A stretch of DNA of 63,046 nt, taken from assembly GCA_028287805.1 (NCBI GenBank), contig JAQBOY010000005.1, positions 1 to 63,046 on the forward strand, given 5' to 3'. The position numbers and the translations under genes were made by a program. The notes below the pieces were generated by a model. It did not search any database. It saw only the letters and a program-made list of their open reading frames with translations, and was not told the origin of the DNA. The stretch comes from Mucilaginibacter sp. (lineage in GTDB: Bacteria > Bacteroidota > Bacteroidia > Sphingobacteriales > Sphingobacteriaceae). Position 1 is the stretch's first letter; every line of letters starts with the position of its first letter. Of this stretch, positions 10,064-19,724 are shown piece after piece.

Positions 10064-12916
10064 CTATCCCAACTCAACCGGTCCTAAAATACCCATCGAA
10101 TAAAGTGGCTGCTTTTTGCCTTTGATCCATTTGATCGAGTCCTTATTATCTTTTAAAGAGTACATATAATTACCAAGGGTTGTGGTAAGCTTGATTTCAA
10201 GCTTGTTATTCCCTTGTTTAATAATATCTTTCACCGGGTAAACATGATCACCATACCAGCGGTTACCCAGATTTTTTCCGTTAAGCGTAACCTCGCTAAC
10301 ACCCTCTACTTTTCCTAAATTTAAATAGCTTATTTCAGCCGCGTTATTTACCTCGAATGAATTTTCGTATAAGACATTGCCTGCGAAAGCTAAGAGGGTA
10401 CTATCCTCCTTAAAATCAGCCAGTTTATCTAATTTCTGAGCTTGTTTACTACCGTTAACATGATTAAGTGTTAAGTTCCAGGGTGAAGTAATAGTTAGTA
10501 TCGCTTTTTTTGAATGATCAATTGGATTATACTTTTTACCGTGTCGGTTATGGTCAAAAACTATCAGTTTGGTTTCTGCCGGGCCAAGCGTAATTTTCAA
10601 CCGGTTTTTCTTCCCTGCCGTGGGGTACAGGTAACGCTCTCCGGTTTCGGCATCCCATAACCAGGCTGTTTTATTTGGCGCTACTTCAAATTCCGCGTTA
10701 AATTCAAACCTTTTACTGTTGCTGTAATTGGAGATAAAAAACGCGTCGGTAAGATCAAATTTATAATAAACCTGACTAACGGATGCTTGTGGATTATCCG
10801 TTTTCATATAAGGTTTAATGCCGAATTGTTCCTGCATGCCCTTGTACCAGTCAATTATTTTATCACTGGGTGTTGGGGCCGGATACATAACTACATTTTT
10901 ACTTTTTATTCCTTTTATAATATCACTCACTTGTTTGTCAAGTACTACATGGTTATTATATCCCGGCGCTTTGTGCGGATATTTACCAATAAATATAATT
11001 TGCCCGCCTGCATCCGCGAAACGTTTAATGGCTTTAGCCGTGTCGGGATGTATGGTTTCCGCCTCTACAATTAATAATACTTTATACTGCCGGGGGCCAT
11101 AAGAGAGCTTTCCGTTAGGAAAGGTGGCCTTTTGTAAAATGCTCTCGCTTACATAATCGCAGCCGCTGCCATTTTGATGGATAGCCTCCCATATATTATG
11201 TACATAATCCGGCAATGCCCTTTCAGGAAATGGATCCCATTGCGCCGCGTATTTGCTCCACAGGTCGGGTAGGGGATGCATAACCGCCACATCAGATACG
11301 AGTGTCCCTTTCTGAAAAACTGACGACAGCCTTCCTTTATAACCTACCCATTGTTTTAAATATGGCCACCACGGATTCCGTTCATTAAAGAAAGTACCAT
11401 ACCTAATCCAGCCAGGATATGGGGCATCGGCAGGACTGTAGTTAAACCCATGTAATATGGAATGGGTTACACCCGACAAATTACTTTGATCACCGGTTTG
11501 TTTTATCTTTTCCAGTGTGGCATTAAAAACCAGCTCAGTATTGGTGATTTCCTCACAGCTAATGAGCTTTTTGCCAGCCAGCCTGGCTCCCGAAGAAACG
11601 AATTTATTAACTTCTGAATAAGCCCTGCCCTGTTTATAATCAAAATCCTTCAGCTCCTGACCTATATGGGTACGGATCCAGGTTTCACATTCGGGAATAT
11701 CAATTTGCATACTGGAATCAGAGGGATGAAATTCCCGGCCATAAGCCTGCACCCTTGATTTAACACCATTTGTTTTGCACCAGTTCAAAAATGTATCCAA
11801 AAACCGCTCCTGGAACAATTCCATCTTGGTTATTTCAAAATCATAACGCACACGGTCTAAGGTATCTCTTAACTCATAGCCGGGGATGGAGCCATATTTT
11901 TCATCCAGCGCCCTTCCTAATCGCCCGGTTTTAAACAATATAAAAGGCAGATAAGGATTGAGTGAATATTTCCTTCGTTTTTCAAACTGCTCCAGCATAT
12001 CATCGCACCAGTTGGCTCCTTCCAATTCCAAACTGTCTGTAAATACCGATCTGAATTTATTACCCATCAGCCCTATTTTGGGAGTGATGGCATCAGACAT
12101 TTTGTTGAGGTATTTTTGAACCGCATTCTTATTATAATGATTTAAAACCGGCCCGCTGGCACCCGGAGCTCCAAACATTACAGCCATAAATCCTGTAATT
12201 TTCACCAGGAAATACAGCACATAACTACCCTCAGGAACATTAACTGTTATCATTTCCTGGCCGGTTTGAACATCGAGGTTAACTACAGTATCTACACTTT
12301 CCAAATTGACAGGTGCTAACCTGAGTATGCTAAGCTCTTTAAAGCTTTTGGTGTTTTTTGATGAGATCGGCGGATCAACTATTTTCAGTAATTCTTCGCG
12401 CGATATTTTTAACGTTTGTGGCCCGGTAATGTCTTTGGTACCCAGGGCCATGATCTGCGTCTGTTCGTCCTTTGTTAAAAACTCGCCGCCAAACGGCCAG
12501 CCCGATCCTACAATAATATCACAGATCATTCCGCGTTCTTCAGCTGCTTTTAGCGTAAAATCAAGCATATCAAGCCAGTCATCACTTAGCCATTCATATT
12601 CCTTATAATTTAACGGATCGGCAGTTTCCGGGAATCGGATGGAATTGATCTCCACGCCACCAATACCCAGGCCTCTCAGCATATCCAGCTCACGCAAAAG
12701 CTCTTCTTTTACAATCCTGTTCCCGTTCCACCACCAGCGCACAAACGGTTTTGATGTATTTACCGGATATTTAAAAGCGGTGTACAGATCATTTGCCGGC
12801 AAAGTTTTATCGGCATTAAAATTATACCACGCTGCGTTTTTTGTGATACGGGTTAACGGCAGCCCGGCAATAGTTACCGAACCTAACTGTATAAATTTTC
12901 TTCTGTTTAAGCTCAT
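10064..12916 (-). CDS. GH106-like glycoside hydrolase (alpha-L-rhamnosidase family), Tat-type signal
   Basis: PFVRWWWNGN, GIGGVEI, GSGWPFGG, DSLE, SCEE motifs; NRRKF signal; C-terminal beta-sandwich ending GPV.L. Confidence 0.8.
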   Translation of the reverse strand: MSLNRRKFIQLGSVTIAGLPLTRITKNAAWYNFNADKTLPANDLYTAFKYPVNTSKPFVRWWWNGNRIVKEELLRELDMLRGLGIGGVEINSIRFPETADPLNYKEYEWLSDDWLDMLDFTLKAAEERGMICDIIVGSGWPFGGEFLTKDEQTQIMALGTKDITGPQTLKISREELLKIVDPPISSKNTKSFKELSILRLAPVNLESVDTVVNLDVQTGQEMITVNVPEGSYVLYFLVKITGFMAVMFGAPGASGPVLNHYNKNAVQKYLNKMSDAITPKIGLMGNKFRSVFTDSLELEGANWCDDMLEQFEKRRKYSLNPYLPFILFKTGRLGRALDEKYGSIPGYELRDTLDRVRYDFEITKMELFQERFLDTFLNWCKTNGVKSRVQAYGREFHPSDSSMQIDIPECETWIRTHIGQELKDFDYKQGRAYSEVNKFVSSGARLAGKKLISCEEITNTELVFNATLEKIKQTGDQSNLSGVTHSILHGFNYSPADAPYPGWIRYGTFFNERNPWWPYLKQWVGYKGRLSSVFQKGTLVSDVAVMHPLPDLWSKYAAQWDPFPERALPDYVHNIWEAIHQNGSGCDYVSESILQKATFPNGKLSYGPRQYKVLLIVEAETIHPDTAKAIKRFADAGGQIIFIGKYPHKAPGYNNHVVLDKQVSDIIKGIKSKNVVMYPAPTPSDKIIDWYKGMQEQFGIKPYMKTDNPQASVSQVYYKFDLTDAFFISNYSNSKRFEFNAEFEVAPNKTAWLWDAETGERYLYPTAGKKNRLKITLGPAETKLIVFDHNRHGKKYNPIDHSKKAILTITSPWNLTLNHVNGSKQAQKLDKLADFKEDSTLLAFAGNVLYENSFEVNNAAEISYLNLGKVEGVSEVTLNGKNLGNRWYGDHVYPVKDIIKQGNNKLEIKLTTTLGNYMYSLKDNKDSIKWIKGKKQPLYSMGILGPVELG

Positions 12917-12957
12917 GATTTAGGTTTTTACAACATTTAATGATAGAGACTTTCAGA

Positions 12958-15900
12958 CTAATCTTCAGCCTGTATAGTTACCGGCCCCAGTAAACCTGAG
13001 GGCAATAGTGGTGCATCCTTTTTAAATACAATATTGGTATTTGTTAAACGCTTTTGGGCAGGTAATGCCGCATCACCAATCAGCCTGTTTGGCCATAGGT
13101 TGATCACCTCTATTTTTAGCACATTTTCTCCTGATTTTAAAGCCGATGATGCATCTATTCGCCAGGGAGCTGTCCATACAATTCCCAGATGTTTACCATT
13201 AAGGCTTACATCAGCAATATTTTTTACTATACCGAGGTCAATGTAAACAGGTTTATGATTAGCAGCTGCTTCGAGGTCAAATGATTTGGTGTAGATCGCC
13301 TTTCCCGAATAGTATTTAATTCTTTCATCGGGATGCTGGCTCCAGTCCTGTAAACTGCCAAACTCCACAACTTCGGGGCCACCCCATTTAGTATCAAATT
13401 CAACATTCCAAGCCCCGGTCAATTCTTTTACCCGTTTTAGCTGCGGAAGATCAGTTGAACTTTTTGCGGTAGGTGCCGATGAATTTACAGGGAATACAAT
13501 AAACCAGGATTGAAATGCCTCAAACGTTAAAGAAATCCCAGTTCGTCCGTTTACATGCTGAAAGTTGACCTTGTTGTTGATTTTCCCGGTAACGGCATCC
13601 CAGATTTCAGGCGTGCGGTTTTTAACCCTGAATGTACAGGTTGACTGCAACGGTTTGCCATGCCTATTTGTTATAAAATAAATCTCAGCTTCCGGTGTTG
13701 TACGGTGAATAAAATCTATCCAGTCACCGTCTTTCCTGGTATATTCAAAATCAGGCAGGATGTTATTCTGCAATAAAATATGCCTGATGCTATCACCAAA
13801 AACTACCCGGCCGCTGCCATAATGATTTAGTTTGATGTTTTTCCCGTCGATATTACCCCATACCTGCTTTGTGATTGTTTTTATCTCCTCATCGCAGTGT
13901 GGGTAATTTTTAAGCCCGGAATCCTGTAAGGGCTTTTTACCAATAACTATAGCGCCAGCTTTTATCAAACTGCTGATCTTATTTAATACAGCTAATGGCA
14001 TCCTGTTGTTATCCGGTAAAACAAGCACACTATAGCTCATGCCGTTGGGTAAAATAAGCCGGCCATTTTTAACAGATAAGCGGGTTAGCAAGACCTCTTC
14101 GTTGCACACATCATAATCATATCCCTCACCCAACGATGGGTCTGTATGCTTTTGTGCTACCAGATTGGGCGTAGTGTCTCCGTTATAAAATAAAACATCA
14201 GCAACAAACCTGCCAAGCCGTAACAAGTATTGGCAACGAGCTACATAATCAAAGAAAGCGCCCGATTTTTCCCACCAAGTCACGTTAGGGTTAAAATGGG
14301 TACCAGCGCCATACTCATACCCCGGCTTGCCGTCTTTTGGCCGGGTAGCGGTTGATGTGTGAATAGCTATGCGGTTCACGCCTTCGCAATAGGCTCTGTC
14401 CAAAGCTTGCTTAAGCGATCCCGGATAATCAAGCCAGTGCCTCATAGTGGTAAATGCCTCGGCAGATACCGTTTCCCGGCCGTAAATATGTGCTGCCGAT
14501 GCCACCATTTTAGTAACCTTGTTTTGGCCTTTGTCCAGTCGTGATACACCATAAGGCTTATCATCGGTCAGGGTGTTTTCATCTTCGTGATTAGGCCCCA
14601 GCCAAAACTCGCCCATCGGGAAATCACTGCGGCCCAGGTTCTTTAATCCGTCTATACAAATAGCACCCGAACGACTTGGCCCTGCAGCCTCATTTTGTAC
14701 CAGTATGCCAGCATCATGACATAAATCGGCAAAGCGTTTATAATGCTCGTCGGCCATGCAATCGCCCAGTGTTTTTCGGTAATCATTCAAAAAGCGGTCA
14801 GATATTTCCGCGCTGCCAATAATATAGCCGGATAAAACAGGCAGGTATGGTTTGGCATTGTATCCACGGTATTTTTCAAATTGTTCCAGCATGTTTGCTG
14901 TCCAATTTGGAAAGCCATCTTCAAAGCTGTCATCGCAGAAATATTTGGGTTTATTGCCAACTTTCGCGGCTTCTTCTAATAATATCCTGCCCAAGTTTTC
15001 AAATTGCAGCTCCACTCCCTTATGGTCAAACCAGTCAATAGATAAGCCATCCGCCTCCGGCTGAGCGATCATTAACCTGGAACCCGTCATCCGGTGACCG
15101 GTACGGATTATTTTCCATTTACCTTGCGGTACGTCCCAGTCAAGATGGCCATTCTTATCAACATGGCTACTCAGATCAATGACCTGAGTAATAGGAACCG
15201 GCTGATCCGAAGGGTTATTGTGCCACTCTGATAAAACCGGCCCCATAACATCTGTTGCCAATATGAAGTTGCTGGCATCTTTATGATTGGTTTTGGCAGC
15301 CAGTACTTTTGAACGCTCATCAATGATGCAATTTCCACCAGTATCATTATCAGGAATAGCCACTATGGCTGTATCCCGGTAATCCAATTTTTCAAGCGGC
15401 AGGTCAATATAGTCTTTAAAGCCGGGTGGGTTGAATACATGATCATACCCGGCCCTGTTGCCGGGCAACGGTAACTTATCCGAAAATTTTTGCGGACCGG
15501 TTACGGACAATTCCGACTGAAGATACCAACGCCCGGAATTTTCAGGCTTTATCCACGGGCCACCCATACACCATCCCGAAGAAAGATTGACGCCGACAGC
15601 AATGTTCAGTCTTTTGGCTTCTTTCATGGCATGGCGGTAAAGCTCCTTCCATTCTTCTGATAAAAACTTTACTCCCTGTGGAAACGGAACCCCGCCCAGC
15701 CCCCCTGCTGAGTTTACCAGCAAAACTTCGCCCATGCCTTTCAATCTAAACTCTTCCAGGTCGCGGGTGATACCTTCTTTATCTACAAGACCATTGAACC
15801 ACCACCAATAACAAGATGACTTTGTACCATCAGGCGGATGAAGAAAATTTCTTCTTAGCTCATTTACACCAATTATATTAACGCTATTGATAACAGCAGC

Positions 15901-15981
15901 CATGGTGTTTGAATTTAAAAGCGCTGCACCAGCTGTAGCGAGAGAGCTAACTTCTAAAAATTTCCTTCTGTTGATGTTCAT
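12958..15981 (-). CDS. GH106-like glycoside hydrolase, Tat-type signal
   Basis: YWWWFNG...GITRDLE, GW.MGGPWI.P, DSFE, PMGEFW, SAAHIYG...AEAFT, PSGLLGPV; NRRKF signal. Confidence 0.85.
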   Translation of the reverse strand: MNINRRKFLEVSSLATAGAALLNSNTMAAVINSVNIIGVNELRRNFLHPPDGTKSSCYWWWFNGLVDKEGITRDLEEFRLKGMGEVLLVNSAGGLGGVPFPQGVKFLSEEWKELYRHAMKEAKRLNIAVGVNLSSGWCMGGPWIKPENSGRWYLQSELSVTGPQKFSDKLPLPGNRAGYDHVFNPPGFKDYIDLPLEKLDYRDTAIVAIPDNDTGGNCIIDERSKVLAAKTNHKDASNFILATDVMGPVLSEWHNNPSDQPVPITQVIDLSSHVDKNGHLDWDVPQGKWKIIRTGHRMTGSRLMIAQPEADGLSIDWFDHKGVELQFENLGRILLEEAAKVGNKPKYFCDDSFEDGFPNWTANMLEQFEKYRGYNAKPYLPVLSGYIIGSAEISDRFLNDYRKTLGDCMADEHYKRFADLCHDAGILVQNEAAGPSRSGAICIDGLKNLGRSDFPMGEFWLGPNHEDENTLTDDKPYGVSRLDKGQNKVTKMVASAAHIYGRETVSAEAFTTMRHWLDYPGSLKQALDRAYCEGVNRIAIHTSTATRPKDGKPGYEYGAGTHFNPNVTWWEKSGAFFDYVARCQYLLRLGRFVADVLFYNGDTTPNLVAQKHTDPSLGEGYDYDVCNEEVLLTRLSVKNGRLILPNGMSYSVLVLPDNNRMPLAVLNKISSLIKAGAIVIGKKPLQDSGLKNYPHCDEEIKTITKQVWGNIDGKNIKLNHYGSGRVVFGDSIRHILLQNNILPDFEYTRKDGDWIDFIHRTTPEAEIYFITNRHGKPLQSTCTFRVKNRTPEIWDAVTGKINNKVNFQHVNGRTGISLTFEAFQSWFIVFPVNSSAPTAKSSTDLPQLKRVKELTGAWNVEFDTKWGGPEVVEFGSLQDWSQHPDERIKYYSGKAIYTKSFDLEAAANHKPVYIDLGIVKNIADVSLNGKHLGIVWTAPWRIDASSALKSGENVLKIEVINLWPNRLIGDAALPAQKRLTNTNIVFKKDAPLLPSGLLGPVTIQAED

Positions 15982-16051
15982 AAATATATGCAGATAAATC
16001 CGGGTACAATTTGGCTACCCGGTTTATGGTGTTCGTATTTTAATATCCAAA

Positions 16052-18007
16052 TCATGGGAAAAAGAATTTACGGATGTGATATGGCAGGTTTAATAGTTTA
16101 TCGCCGCTACCGCCATAAACAGTGGTTGTAACTGCTCCGTTATTATACATGTACAGTGTTTGGTTTGACGGGCGATAAATAGCCGGATGTGTTATTCCAT
16201 CGCCAAAATAATCTCCAGGAGCGGGGATATCGCCAGAGGCCGGTGTTAAGACCGTTACATTGTTAACGCCCGTATTTGCGCTATCCAAATGCCAGATACC
16301 TGTGGCAGGGTCAAAAATGGCAACATCTGTTTTACCATCACCGTTATAGTCTCCTGGTACGGGTATATATCCGGCATCACCATAATGTTTATTGATGATC
16401 TGCCCCCTTACATTCCACATTCCTGTGGATATCTTATAATAAGCAACGTCTACCTTACCATCGCCGTCATAATCACCCGGTACGGGTATAACTCCGGCTT
16501 CACCATAATCATAACCAGTTTGGTCTTTTATATACCAGTGGTAAGGACTTGTTGGCCTAAACATAGCTATATCGGCTTTTCCATCACCATTATAATCTCC
16601 CGGCACGGGTATATCACCTGCCTGTCCGTAAACGGCAGTTACTTCGGTCGCCAGTTTAATATACCAGGTAAAATTAGACGGCCGCCAAATGGCCAGATCA
16701 GTTTTACCATCGCCATCATAATCCATAGAAACCGGCAGATCTCCCTGCGTAGCGCTGCCATAGGTCACGTTTGACATACCCTGAACCTTCCATACGCCCA
16801 AATTAAAGAAGGAAAGCTCAGATAAACCATCCCTGTCAAAATCAGAAGTACGGGTAGTAGTTTGCTCATGGAATAGCGGCCTTGTAAACTGGCTGTCGCT
16901 ATCAGTTTCAAACTGTGAAATATAGGGTGAAAAAGTTTTTACACTGATCAGGTCTTTAGCAGGAGAAAACTTCATTAAACGCATATAACCATTTCCTCCC
17001 AGCGTTCTGAACTGGTAATCTGAAACAAATGTTTTTATGGTTCTTCCACTATAGGTATCCTGCCTGTAGCCTTCGCCATTTACATGCCCACCCAAAAAGA
17101 GGAACACATTGCGGCAGGATTTTATCTTGTCATAAATTTCCTGGGTTTGGGCCGAGTATGTTGACGGTGTTGCGGGGCTGCCTGCATGGTGTGTCACAAT
17201 AATAGCTTTCCTGCCAGCATAGGTTCCCGTTAAAAGACCTTTCATCCAGTTATTCATATTATCCCTTTCGGTAACAGAGGCAGCGTCTGTGCGGTCATCA
17301 TATTCAATATAGATAGCGATAAAATCAAGGCCACCGGCGCTGAACAGATCATAATGGCTATCATTATTGCTGCCATAATGCCCACCGTAAAAAGGCATTC
17401 CGCTAAACCGGGGTACAGCGAAACCAAAATATTGGTTATAATAGGTAGTGGTGCTGAAACAGCTTCCGCGGTCATTAGTATTAGTTCCGCCACCAACGGG
17501 GTCGTGATTGCCCTGATCATGATTACCTACCGCCATTCCATACGGGATACCCGCGGCATCAAGCTTGGCCATGGCAGTATCGGCCCGCCGCCATTGTACC
17601 GGGCTCCGTGTCGGGTCATCACCATTTTCAGATATATCCCCCAGGTGAACAACGTAAACAATATTTGAATCAATTTGATGATTTACGATCCAATTGGTTT
17701 GAGCATAAAACATCCCGATAACGGAATTATACGTAGTGCTTTGTCCCGTATAGGTTTGCGTATCAGGGATAACAGCAATCATAAAATCCGCGCTCGATAC
17801 GGCATTGGTAGCTAATTCTGAAGGAGAAGAAGTGCTGGCTTCTACGCCGTTTTGTGCAATTACCAGCTTTTTACAGCCCGAAAAAACAATATACGGGATT
17901 AAAACCAAAGCCATAACTCTTTGTAAAGAAGTATAACTTCTACTACTGGATTGGCTATTTCTTTTTTTAATAACACAAGGATCTCTAAATTGTAAAATTG
18001 GTTTCAT
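16052..18007 (-). CDS. Calcineurin-like metallophosphoesterase fused to FG-GAP/VCBS repeats, probable lipoprotein
   Basis: PDTQ, HLGD, GNHD, GH motifs; repeated PGDY(D/N)GDGKxD units; FSGC lipobox-like (true start may be downstream). Confidence 0.8.
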   Translation of the reverse strand: MKPILQFRDPCVIKKRNSQSSSRSYTSLQRVMALVLIPYIVFSGCKKLVIAQNGVEASTSSPSELATNAVSSADFMIAVIPDTQTYTGQSTTYNSVIGMFYAQTNWIVNHQIDSNIVYVVHLGDISENGDDPTRSPVQWRRADTAMAKLDAAGIPYGMAVGNHDQGNHDPVGGGTNTNDRGSCFSTTTYYNQYFGFAVPRFSGMPFYGGHYGSNNDSHYDLFSAGGLDFIAIYIEYDDRTDAASVTERDNMNNWMKGLLTGTYAGRKAIIVTHHAGSPATPSTYSAQTQEIYDKIKSCRNVFLFLGGHVNGEGYRQDTYSGRTIKTFVSDYQFRTLGGNGYMRLMKFSPAKDLISVKTFSPYISQFETDSDSQFTRPLFHEQTTTRTSDFDRDGLSELSFFNLGVWKVQGMSNVTYGSATQGDLPVSMDYDGDGKTDLAIWRPSNFTWYIKLATEVTAVYGQAGDIPVPGDYNGDGKADIAMFRPTSPYHWYIKDQTGYDYGEAGVIPVPGDYDGDGKVDVAYYKISTGMWNVRGQIINKHYGDAGYIPVPGDYNGDGKTDVAIFDPATGIWHLDSANTGVNNVTVLTPASGDIPAPGDYFGDGITHPAIYRPSNQTLYMYNNGAVTTTVYGGSGDKLLNLPYHIRKFFFP

Positions 18008-18171
18008 AGCGTTGGTCTAATTGGTTTTTAAATCAGCTTATCATCTAAGCTTGTTTCTTTAAACTTTACCACACCGGTAACACAGTTGTCCCTATCTCGT
18101 GTTTATTATTACAAATCCAATAACACCTAAGCGCGGCCCGTTTTACACGCCCGCTTAAGGTTATGGTGTTA

Positions 18172-19659
18172 TTATTTAAAACTCACTACAGCTACCGCGA
18201 ATGGTTTGAGTGTTATGGTGCTGTGTTCAAGCTGATATTGCCCAACGGGATCATCAGCTGTAGTAATATCCACATAATTAACACCGGCATTTTTTGCATC
18301 AGCCGGCAAATCAAGCTGTACCTCTTTATTTCTTCTATTAATAAGTAGTAACTTTTTACCGTTGCCGGTTACAAATGCCTGACCTGTAACATCAGGATTG
18401 TTAACGGCTGTGATTTGCAGCTTATCGCCCGGACCTAAATTATCTTTCAGTAATTTCAACACCCAATAACGAGCGTTGGGTTTACTGTTCGTCCAGTTCA
18501 TCATGCTTACATCCGGAAACTGTGTTGGATAGCCTACCAATTGTGATTCGCCTGCAACATCAATACCTATTTTGGTAAGTTCCAAGTAGATGTAGGCATA
18601 CATGGCCCCCGATAGATTCCAGTAGGCATCAGGGATAACCTCTTTATAATCCCGGTCCTGCAATATGGTACCAATTTCATTGATCTGTGTAAACACACCC
18701 GGAGCAAGCCGTTTGCGTATATTCTCGATATACCTTACACGATCAAGAAAGCCATTTGCCTGATCAAAAAATGAATACTGGTAACTGTCTATGGTTTGAT
18801 AAACGGAGGCCGGGCGCCCATAAAAATGATAAGAAATCCCTTCCAAAGGTACACCTGCCTTATGATTTGCAGGGTTTAAGAAGTATTCAAACCATTCGGG
18901 GTTAGTTTCATAAGCTACGGATATGCCAACAAACTTAGTTTCAGATGATACTTTTTTTAATTCGAGAACAATGGCATCATACATTTTTGTATATAGTTTA
19001 GGCGATATTCTATGTTCCAGGTCCGGTTCGTTCAGCACTTCCCAGTAAGGTATTTTATAGTAATGACCTGATTTATGAAACTTACCCAATTCATCAGTAA
19101 ACCCTCCCTTGGTATACCAGCTTAACAGCCGTGCAAAATAACCGGCCAGTTCCTTCATGGTAGTATCCCTTAGTTCTTTCCCCTGGTTATAGTTCCAGTT
19201 AACCTCGTCGGCATTTGCATCGACCTCAACCGTTTTGTCAGTTTTAAACATCCATACAGGTATGGTACTAAAATTCACTACTACCGAATGCCTTTTAGTA
19301 GCTTCCATCAGGTCCTGCATAACAGGATCTGCGTAGGTAAAATCCCAGTAAGTTTGCTCTTTTGTGGGTGCGTTCAGTTCAACAACCGCCGCTTTGGGAT
19401 AAGGGAACCATGGCACATACCGCACATAGTCAGCCCCTAAATTTTTTAACGCCTCAAAAGTACCTTTATAGATAGGTGAATTGGCGCGCAGCATTGGATT
19501 ATACACTACCTGAAGGGTTGGTGTTGTTTTTGAAACCGAAACCGTTTTTCCCCAGTTAATGATTACCGCTTTTTTTTGCGCATAAAGCTTTGGTACCGAC
19601 AAACATGCTACTGCGCTCATGATCATCAGGGGGATACTGTAATGGGTTCTATTTGCCAT
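18172..19659 (-). CDS. GH39-like (clan GH-A) glycoside hydrolase, secreted
   Basis: YWEVLNEPD acid/base motif, ISYHFY, INEIG nucleophile region; signal peptide. Confidence 0.75.
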   Translation of the reverse strand: MANRTHYSIPLMIMSAVACLSVPKLYAQKKAVIINWGKTVSVSKTTPTLQVVYNPMLRANSPIYKGTFEALKNLGADYVRYVPWFPYPKAAVVELNAPTKEQTYWDFTYADPVMQDLMEATKRHSVVVNFSTIPVWMFKTDKTVEVDANADEVNWNYNQGKELRDTTMKELAGYFARLLSWYTKGGFTDELGKFHKSGHYYKIPYWEVLNEPDLEHRISPKLYTKMYDAIVLELKKVSSETKFVGISVAYETNPEWFEYFLNPANHKAGVPLEGISYHFYGRPASVYQTIDSYQYSFFDQANGFLDRVRYIENIRKRLAPGVFTQINEIGTILQDRDYKEVIPDAYWNLSGAMYAYIYLELTKIGIDVAGESQLVGYPTQFPDVSMMNWTNSKPNARYWVLKLLKDNLGPGDKLQITAVNNPDVTGQAFVTGNGKKLLLINRRNKEVQLDLPADAKNAGVNYVDITTADDPVGQYQLEHSTITLKPFAVAVVSFK

Positions 19660-19724
19660 ATCTGTTATTTTACTTGATTTAAAAGAGAATTAAAAAATTT
19701 AAAGACTGCATATAAAATCAACTA

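Noticed and set aside
16150-16850. DNA-level repeats as a diversity-generating or VNTR locus
   Set aside because: Explained by protein-level FG-GAP repeats; no reverse transcriptase or template repeat present
2054-18154. 13-bp match TTTACACGCCCGC at 2054 and 18142
   Set aside because: Too short and unsupported by flanking similarity; the second copy is part of an intergenic hairpin
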